Of a stretch of 63,474 nt of DNA, positions 57,301 to 63,474 are shown one piece after another (position 1 is the stretch's first letter; every line of letters starts with the position of its first letter). The notes beneath the pieces are model-generated. The model was given only the letters and a program-made list of their open reading frames with translations, was not told the origin of the DNA and did no database searches. The DNA is from a virus. Taxonomy: Duplodnaviria > Caudoviricetes. A program made the translations under genes and the position numbers. The stretch covers positions 1-63,474 of IMG/VR virus record IMGVR_UViG_3300031754_000004; one strand, written 5' to 3'.

Positions 57301-60300
57301 TCCCGACTGGCCAAATCTTCTTTGTCGGGATTGTAATGGTTATATTTCTCGGCGCGTTCCATTCCTTCTTGCCGGGTCAAAAACTCACCTTCATTGGATA
57401 CCCAGCCGTCGGTGAGATTCGGAAGCTGTTCCCACGCGCGGAGCTCATTGAAATCTTGGTTCGGATGCGTTTCCTCAAGGTATTTGAGAGTTGCGGCAAC
57501 GTGCATGGGCCCGGTGTAAACTTTGCCCGTCGTCTCATCTCGCATTGCAGCTTCTTTGATTGCCTTGGGGTGCGCGTTAGGCATAAACCCGGCCCCAGTC
57601 GTGGCCGTCACAGGAGCCGCGACCGTCGCCTCTCCGGCGATAGGCTTTGCGGATACGATTCGATTCACATTTTTCCATTCGTGAACCGGCTTCATATCGG
57701 CCAGATTATGTCCTGCCGCGCGCAAATCATTTCGGAGATTGGTCGTGCTCGCCACGCTACGGCCTTTGATGTCCTCGTATTCCAGTCCGGCAATTGGATG
57801 GACAACGCCCTTGTTTAGACGCGCGATGTCCTGATGTTCGAGATGAACAGGGTAACTTCCCTTCGGACGAACAATCGTAGTCTTGGGCGGATTCTCGCCC
57901 ATCAACAGATTCAGGAACTCGGCGGCGCGTGGGTCGGATAATCGCTGTGGAACATAGCCCGGAGTCTCCTCCGGTAGATATGCCCTCCCACCTTTCGGAC
58001 GTTCCAATTTGCCACCGTCACCTTTGAACCCGTTATGCTGGTTTTCGGTGTATTTGCGTAAATCCTCGCGGAACTCCTCTTGGTCGGCTTTCCCAACGAT
58101 ACCCCGGTCGCCAATCTTGTAAGGGACTCGTGCTTCCAACCCGGCGACTTTGATTGCCTTGACCGCAACCTCCATGTTTTGACCGAGAACATCGTGGTTG
58201 AAAAATTGGCCCTGCCAGCCAGAGCTTTTAGTTTTGCGCGCGTCCAAAAGAGTGAGAGTGCTTCGGAGTTTTTCGCCGCCTTTACGTCCGCGCGCTTCCG
58301 GCGCATTAACTACTTCACTACGTTGCTTCTGCCCCGCCTTTTCTCCCTCGGCGTGCTGGTAAACGACTTCGTGAGCGCCGGCACCCTGCATCATCGCCAA
58401 TTCTTTGCTGCCGGTTTCCTTGACGGCGTTGGCTATATTCTCTCCGGCTTCGAGCCGACCTTCATCGGTCGTCTGTGGCCGGGCCTTGGGCACTTCTTTC
58501 GGGATAACCGTGACTCCGCCCGGTTGAGCACCTTCAGGTGGAGCAGGTTTGACTTCCGGTTGGCCGGTTTTCAATTCATTCCGAGCCGTCACTTCCTCCG
58601 GGGTCAACCCTTCGGTTTTCGGCTTGAGTGCGGCCAGATGGTCGTCTAATACCCGCCATGCTTCACCCTCTTGCGAGGTCAGCGGCACCTTGTTCTTGAT
58701 TTTGTCAGCAACTACGCCAAGCGCATTTGCCAATTCGGGATTAACCCGGCCCACGGCGGCGATAGCGGCGGTATGGTCGGGGGTCACAGTCGGCTCCGTT
58801 CCCAAAGGTTTGACTTCCAGCGGGGCGGCGGGGGTCGCCGGGGGCGGAGTTGCTTGGCCCTTCAAAAAGGTGTCCACGGTCGGGTCGGCCAGATATTTGT
58901 TGACGATGCCGCCGGCGACTCGTTCCACGTTGTAATCCGGGATGAGTCCGTAGGCGGTAGCGCCGGGGGCTCCGGGGAGCACACGGGAATTACGGACGCC
59001 CATCCGGTTAATCATGCTCCCTACAAATTGTCCGATGGAACGCACTCGACCGACCGGCATCTTGGTGGACAAACCATTTTTTAGGTATTGGCCGAGCACT
59101 TCCGCGCCAATTTCTTTGGTCATGTAATCGGGGTCGGCCTTCAGATTGGCCATTACCTCCGGGCTCTGCGCTGCGCCGGCCATATACCGCGCGGTGATTC
59201 GTTGACGCTCGGCGTCCGGAATGGAATTGATAAGCTTCTCGAAGGAGCCGTCGTTCAAACCGCGCGCAAAATTGACTACATCATGTCCCGGTTCGTGGGC
59301 CAAGGATTTAATGTCGTTCCCGCGTAGCACCCAAATTGTCGCCTTCTGAGTTGCGCCAGTGGAATCCTTCACGTTGTAATCGTGAGCGCCTTCTATGTCC
59401 GGGACTCCGTTTGCAGTAGCTTGTTCGGGGGTGAGAACATATGATTGAACGCCACGCGCGTCCAGCACCCCGCGCAAGGTATTGGCCGCAACTCCCGTTG
59501 AACGCGAACCCAGCGCATCGAGATTATCCTGAGTCGCCTTCTCAAAATTCTCCATTCCGGGCCGGTTCAGCGTTACGCGCGCGCTTTTGTTCGGGGAAAA
59601 ATTATCCAGAATCGCGCCATGATTATAGGCGTCCATCCGGGAAAGTGCATCCGCCGCGCCGAGTCCACCACGAACCATTCCACCAACTGTTCCGCCGGCA
59701 ACACCGCCAAAAAGGAGATTTGAAAAAGCGTCGGTCTTATTATCCGCGGTCATGGCGAAGGGAGCCATCGCTGCCGCTCCTTTGACCGCGCCCACCGTGC
59801 CGGCGGCGGCTACGCTTGAGCCAAGGTCGCTTGAGAGCAACTTGCCCGCGCCGGAGATTGCCTTCAGTCCGTATGTGGCGGCCAGCTTCGTTGTCACCGC
59901 GCCGGCTACAACCGGGCCCACATATTGAGTAATGGCGGCCACCGGGGGAAGCTTCAAAATCGGGTCGAGCGCGCCGGCTTCTTTCAAAACTCCCAAACCG
60001 ACCACCCCAGCCAATCCGCCTTCTTTCAATTTCTTCAGCGGAGCCGTGACTGCTTTGCTGACCGTGCTCACCACTTTGTTCAGGCCGTCGGCAGTTGTAG
60101 TAATACCCCGGCCAATCGCTTGCACACCGGCTTTGGCAGCAGATTCGGAAGCTGATGTCGCCACGGTACGGCCTGCGCCGTTGACGATGGCAAAATCCCC
60201 CATTTTCGGAACGATTTTGAGCGGCCCGGTCAACGCCGCAAACACGGCCAAGTCGCCGGTCTGTTCGTAGCCGTCAATGATGTCCGAATTCAAATGGACG

Positions 60301-61262
60301 CCGTATTTGGACGCCAGCATGTCCGGGTCAACTTCCGTGCCCTTAGTCAAAACGCCGCCGCCAGTTGTAATCAGGTTCCGAACGTAAGACGAGGCCACCG
60401 CAGATTGAAATTCGTCCTGCGGATTTTTCGGATTCAGAAAATGCTCCGGCACATTCAAATCCGCTTCCGGGGTCGGCGGGGCCTTCGTTCCGGGAGCCTG
60501 AGCGACCGCGCCAATATCGCTGACTATAGGCGCAGTAGATTCCGCTTGCACCGCAGATTTGATTAACCGCCGGCCAATGTCAGCAGTATCGGCGGCCACC
60601 AATTCCACACCTTCTCGCGCTTCAGCGGACGTTTGTTTTCGCGCCAATTCATTCGCTTTTTCCGGCGTCATGCCTTGCGCTAGATTTGAATTTTCCTGAT
60701 AGGTTGCGGGGAAAACTTGGGGCAGATAATGATGGAACAAATTCTCTACGCCGAGGCCGAGGCCGGTAGCAGCCATCGTCGCACCATTTACAACTCCTTT
60801 TAAGGATTCCCACGCATTCGAGACACCCTTGCCGACATTGAGCGGGGATTTCTGCGCCGCGGTGAAAGCGTCGGTAATTTCCTGCCGATGCGGAGCAAGA
60901 ACGGTTTCGTTCTGGACGTAAAAATCGGCGATTGCTTGGGGCGACGCACCGGAGGCCGCCATGTCCTTCGCTTGCGCGATTAAGTTTTGACCGACCTGTG
61001 AATTGATATTCTGGTCGGAAGCCGGCGCTTTGAACGGGACATCCATGTGAGCGGCTTTATCCGATGCGGGCCGCACAAAGGGCGCGGTCAAGTCCACTTT
61101 GGAATCGGATGCCGGCGGAGCAAACGGAGCCGCGGCGTCAGCCGGTGCGGTCGGAGTCGCAGCCGCTGCTCCGGGGGTAGCGCCGGGAGATGCCGGAGGC
61201 GGATTGGTCGCCAGTTGCGTAGGAGCAACAGCGTCAGCAGTCGTTACAGGTAAATCAGCCAT
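54345..61262 (-). CDS. 2305-aa polyvalent internal virion (ejection) protein: hydrophobic helices, HExxH domain, HDxFGH domain, histidine phosphatase, SAM-lyase/DUF3293-like domain
   Basis: Follows two ejection-like genes; motifs AHEPGH, VHDFFGH, VVRHGET...SDLARAKETA...VVSH, MTA...GKYKGIE...LARKYGQESII. Confidence 0.85.
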   Translation of the reverse strand: MADLPVTTADAVAPTQLATNPPPASPGATPGAAAATPTAPADAAAPFAPPASDSKVDLTAPFVRPASDKAAHMDVPFKAPASDQNINSQVGQNLIAQAKDMAASGASPQAIADFYVQNETVLAPHRQEITDAFTAAQKSPLNVGKGVSNAWESLKGVVNGATMAATGLGLGVENLFHHYLPQVFPATYQENSNLAQGMTPEKANELARKQTSAEAREGVELVAADTADIGRRLIKSAVQAESTAPIVSDIGAVAQAPGTKAPPTPEADLNVPEHFLNPKNPQDEFQSAVASSYVRNLITTGGGVLTKGTEVDPDMLASKYGVHLNSDIIDGYEQTGDLAVFAALTGPLKIVPKMGDFAIVNGAGRTVATSASESAAKAGVQAIGRGITTTADGLNKVVSTVSKAVTAPLKKLKEGGLAGVVGLGVLKEAGALDPILKLPPVAAITQYVGPVVAGAVTTKLAATYGLKAISGAGKLLSSDLGSSVAAAGTVGAVKGAAAMAPFAMTADNKTDAFSNLLFGGVAGGTVGGMVRGGLGAADALSRMDAYNHGAILDNFSPNKSARVTLNRPGMENFEKATQDNLDALGSRSTGVAANTLRGVLDARGVQSYVLTPEQATANGVPDIEGAHDYNVKDSTGATQKATIWVLRGNDIKSLAHEPGHDVVNFARGLNDGSFEKLINSIPDAERQRITARYMAGAAQSPEVMANLKADPDYMTKEIGAEVLGQYLKNGLSTKMPVGRVRSIGQFVGSMINRMGVRNSRVLPGAPGATAYGLIPDYNVERVAGGIVNKYLADPTVDTFLKGQATPPPATPAAPLEVKPLGTEPTVTPDHTAAIAAVGRVNPELANALGVVADKIKNKVPLTSQEGEAWRVLDDHLAALKPKTEGLTPEEVTARNELKTGQPEVKPAPPEGAQPGGVTVIPKEVPKARPQTTDEGRLEAGENIANAVKETGSKELAMMQGAGAHEVVYQHAEGEKAGQKQRSEVVNAPEARGRKGGEKLRSTLTLLDARKTKSSGWQGQFFNHDVLGQNMEVAVKAIKVAGLEARVPYKIGDRGIVGKADQEEFREDLRKYTENQHNGFKGDGGKLERPKGGRAYLPEETPGYVPQRLSDPRAAEFLNLLMGENPPKTTIVRPKGSYPVHLEHQDIARLNKGVVHPIAGLEYEDIKGRSVASTTNLRNDLRAAGHNLADMKPVHEWKNVNRIVSAKPIAGEATVAAPVTATTGAGFMPNAHPKAIKEAAMRDETTGKVYTGPMHVAATLKYLEETHPNQDFNELRAWEQLPNLTDGWVSNEGEFLTRQEGMERAEKYNHYNPDKEDLASRELESTRFNKQMGMAAMPRAGSPEVRTVAEDYADKAGLPKLPAATYAQVNPDLMKRIADHFEDTPTNLKDPDVQKSYQALATEVKTQYGALTKAGYKIEPWTGKGEPYASSADMVKDVQDNKHLYFLKTEGNFGKGAEPKDNPMLQPAGASAGDQPLVVNDLFCAVHDFFGHAKEGYQFGPRGEFNAWREHSAMFSPEAQGALAAETLAQNAWVNFGRHLRGPTGEVATKGEAGYVPPTERPFAEQKNIAIPANLRQEAASQAAFMGRAKQGASEKKLSGWVLPNSKFHPLVSGYHETDLQNNADDWNKQFGLTLPENAQNDNPARIAALNSGFVRIRNFTGNTSVELNPRFWAKQKSAILKKLLEHKDDLARLQVNFINDEGTPVDAVADNINLSKTKQADIENVLNSMRVPIQARSPEPTRIQQARALPGEEGSPMFMPTKNIEPERIERVAIADMMGNIISHAPLANTHYALDERAAQSEANGVDVQPGYVTSKGRFVDRYQAANLASKSGQLDKLDPSHLASVLRRGLDTGDFAEPESFMPTTPAQKEASMDNMNMYVVRHGETTLNATGKTRGWQNPPLNAAGRQEAQDAAKQLEGHGINRLVTSDLARAKETADILGKHLGLPVEVDSGLRPWGFGPKLEGILSVQAAPEIQRLAENPDEQPASSYPTRPAETFNEYRHRLFGTLEKIHAENPDGKTAVVSHYRTMKMLEARTQGHDVDTKTFAQKGKDDPGSIGHLKNGEFQHGLPALNGPTGAPALAEFKDEKTLPAAIAKPNWAGMTATQELNGPHDNEANTKANAELEHELTKSGYPFMEVGGKYKGIEQGKGFLISPIAEPDALSLARKYGQESIITPRGMLYTDGTLAPVVPEGLKVGREAEQQDFYATQLDGPSFSIATDESKRGPANVPVSPTIRRKPNRIIGQPHTSEQARIFDEGLKKAQAKSTNESITFFADWLIQHKLDSLPESELLEMARWWYDHKL

Positions 61263-61290
61263 ATCGGTGCGGGGTAGCGCCGGGGGCCGT

Positions 61291-61455
61291 TTACTTGTCT
61301 TTCAAAGACGCCCAGTATGCAAAACCGAGTGGCAGACAAATCAATGATAACGCAATTATCATAATCCAATCACGATTGGAAATCGGTGTAGTAGCCCTAT
61401 CCTTCGGCCAATGCACGCTCGGTCGTAATTGGATGTTTACTTGTTTCGGCATCAT
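61291..61455 (-). CDS. Small membrane protein with its own promoter (moron-like)
   Basis: TTGACA(61490-61485)-17 nt-GATATT, ATG 6 nt later; C-terminal TM segment. Confidence 0.6.
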   Translation of the reverse strand: MMPKQVNIQLRPSVHWPKDRATTPISNRDWIMIIALSLICLPLGFAYWASLKDK

Positions 61456-61492
61456 GGTTTTAATATCGTTCCACAGACCTGTTTTGTCAAGT

Positions 61493-62905
61493 CTATTGTG
61501 CTGCCCCACCCTTGATATAGTGGTTGCCCTGTGCGTCCCGATAGGCCGTCCCCGCCGGCAACGAGTAATAATCGCCCATTGTCTTGACCAACGGCGCAAG
61601 GGAAGGCCCTCCGGCGGATGCCGGAGCCGCGCCGGCTGCCCCCTCGGTAGGGGGCGTCCATGACGGCTGTAAATCCCCGATGTCCTCGGTCGGCAGATGG
61701 TCTTTGGTAATTTTGGCTGCGTCATCAAGCTGGGCTTGCGCGCGCGTAAGCCATTGGTTCCAGACTTCCTTGGTCGAATCAAGTGACGGAATGGAGCCAG
61801 TAACCGCGTTGAATTCGTACAGGTTGCGGATGTTGTGAACCTGAGACATAATTTTCTGCTTCTGCGCGTTGAGCGCCATCTCAATTTCCTTCTGGCCGGT
61901 ATATTTTATGTTACCCAAGCCCAAAGCGGCGCGCGCTTCGGCAGACAATTTACCGACAACATCTCCTGACCCGACGCCGCGACCGATGAAGCCCGGCGTG
62001 TTGACCAGCTTGGAAATCTCATTCAACTGGTCGCGCTGCGGTTTGAGCACCTGCGTATAATCCGCCATTGCGGTGTCCCGTTCCTCCGGGTTATATCGCG
62101 CCGGTGCAGCGGCCACATCTCGTTGCAACGTGAAAAAGTCCTTCGGCGTTCCGTCAGCATTATAGCGCAGGTCGTTCGCATTCTTCTTGTCAATCTCCGC
62201 CGTCAGAGCTTTCCCTTGGTCAGTCGAGAACCAACGGTCGTTGAGCCGCTGCACAATCATGGAATGCAAAAAGTCATCCATTTTATCCTGCGATGCAGTC
62301 GCGGCTCCCTTTTGGTCGCCACTGATATTCCCGTACAACGTCCGTTCAATGGCGTCGTAATCAATCCCGGTCGGAGAGTTGGAGCTCTGCGGCAAGGTCT
62401 TGCCGGGAAGCAACTGGCCGTAAAAATCCCGGAGAGCAGTCTTGGTGCCGGTCGGGTCGAATTCCATTTCCTTCTGCGTCAGGGCCGCGTCCGGTAGCGC
62501 TGCCTTCGCTTTGGTCGCGCCCAAAGTTGCTTCCGATTCAGCTTGGTGGATGGCGGCGATGTCGGCGGATTGCTTGTACGGGACAAGTGCTTTAATCTCT
62601 GCCGCCGTCGCTGCTTGGGCCTGAGCGGTTGAGATGTCGGCTGCCGCCTGTTGCGGTTGCACAGATTTACGCAACTGGGCGGCCTGCACGTCTGCCGCGT
62701 TCACGGCGACATCTTTGGCGGTATCGCTGCCCTGTTTGACAAGCGACGCGATGTCGCTGGCGTTTACAAGGCCCTGTTGAAACGCGGTCTGTAAACGGTC
62801 GAGCGCCGGCGTCGGGCTATAGTCCGAAGGATTTACCCCGGACGGAAGTGGATTAACCGGCACTTGAATTGCCGGTGTTGACATTGGAGTTCCTTGAATA
62901 TCCAT
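61493..62905 (-). CDS. Putative internal virion / ejection protein
   Basis: Ala/Gln-rich and helical; C-terminal Y.SLPAGT.Y.D..G...IK motif. Confidence 0.7.
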   Translation of the reverse strand: MDIQGTPMSTPAIQVPVNPLPSGVNPSDYSPTPALDRLQTAFQQGLVNASDIASLVKQGSDTAKDVAVNAADVQAAQLRKSVQPQQAAADISTAQAQAATAAEIKALVPYKQSADIAAIHQAESEATLGATKAKAALPDAALTQKEMEFDPTGTKTALRDFYGQLLPGKTLPQSSNSPTGIDYDAIERTLYGNISGDQKGAATASQDKMDDFLHSMIVQRLNDRWFSTDQGKALTAEIDKKNANDLRYNADGTPKDFFTLQRDVAAAPARYNPEERDTAMADYTQVLKPQRDQLNEISKLVNTPGFIGRGVGSGDVVGKLSAEARAALGLGNIKYTGQKEIEMALNAQKQKIMSQVHNIRNLYEFNAVTGSIPSLDSTKEVWNQWLTRAQAQLDDAAKITKDHLPTEDIGDLQPSWTPPTEGAAGAAPASAGGPSLAPLVKTMGDYYSLPAGTAYRDAQGNHYIKGGAAQ

Positions 62906-62910
62906 AAAAA

Positions 62911-63474
62911 TTAGCCTCCAATTCCTGTTGCCAGTGCCATTGATGCGGGGCCGAGTGTACTGGACGCACTACCCGTATTCCCAGTTGGATTGCTCGGAGT
63001 GAAAAGGTTGGAAAGCCACCCGCCTAAGCTGGCGGTGCCGCCGCTGCCCGTCGCATAACTGCCTGCCAAACCGCCAAGAATGCTGCTCGCCATCGTACCT
63101 GATGCTGCCGCACTTGACGCGGACACATTACCCTGAGCCAGCGCTTTCTGATTCATGGTCTGCGTATTCCCAACTGCTAGATTAGCAGCTTCACTTCCCG
63201 TGAGGCCGATGTTGGGTAAGGCAGCGCTCCCCATCCCGGCTGCGCCGGCTCCAACTGCGGCTTTTTGGGTATTCATATTGGTGCTTAATTGCATAAGTTC
63301 ATCCAACGCGGCTTGTTGTTGCGCCTCTAAACTTCCCGCACCGGCGGTCAAGCCTTCAGCCTGAGCTTGTCGTTGGGCCTGTAATTGCAACCCTGCCGAA
63401 CCAAGTAAAGTCCGGGTTCCGACACCAGTTGCACCTTCTCCGGCTACGCCGGTGCCAGCCGCGCCGCCGGCGGC
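62911..63474 (-). CDS. Putative ejection protein, 5'-truncated by window edge
   Basis: Frame is open to 63474; Gly/Ala/Ser-rich. Confidence 0.65.
   Translation of the reverse strand, partial: AAGGAAGTGVAGEGATGVGTRTLLGSAGLQLQAQRQAQAEGLTAGAGSLEAQQQAALDELMQLSTNMNTQKAAVGAGAAGMGSAALPNIGLTGSEAANLAVGNTQTMNQKALAQGNVSASSAAASGTMASSILGGLAGSYATGSGGTASLGGWLSNLFTPSNPTGNTGSASSTLGPASMALATGIGG

Overview
The window is a near-complete, circularly permuted genome of a tailed dsDNA phage with podovirus-like organisation, opened inside the tail module: a nozzle-like gene runs off the left edge and an ejection-protein-like gene runs off the right edge, both on the minus strand. No host chromosomal genes are visible. 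Minus strand (1-30.3 kb and 52.2-63.5 kb): terminase, portal, scaffold, major capsid, adaptor, collagen-like fibres, six glycosyl/phospho-transferase-like genes plus a nucleotide-sugar epimerase, three HNH/EndoVII nucleases, a tyrosine recombinase and a 2305-aa multidomain virion protein. Plus strand (30.5-52.1 kb): early and replication genes (SF2 helicase, PD-(D/E)xK nuclease, SSB-like protein, family A DNA polymerase, primase-helicase, sigma factor, RuvC-like resolvase, metallophosphoesterase, histone-fold candidate) and a variant initiator tRNA. Main unexplained signals: a collagen plus PLOD-type glycosylation set; a giant protein with His-phosphatase and SAM-lyase-like modules separated by F-M-P linkers; a 56-nt anticodon-less tRNA-like element; a capsid-targeting-like LD(S/A)LA motif shared by three genes; a 51-bp inverted repeat at the strand switch; promoters consistent with leaderless mRNAs; a 928-bp tandem duplication in terL; and an apparent deletion in a Rad50-like gene. 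All family assignments are by-eye motif recognition with no database search. A Verrucomicrobiota host is only an inference.
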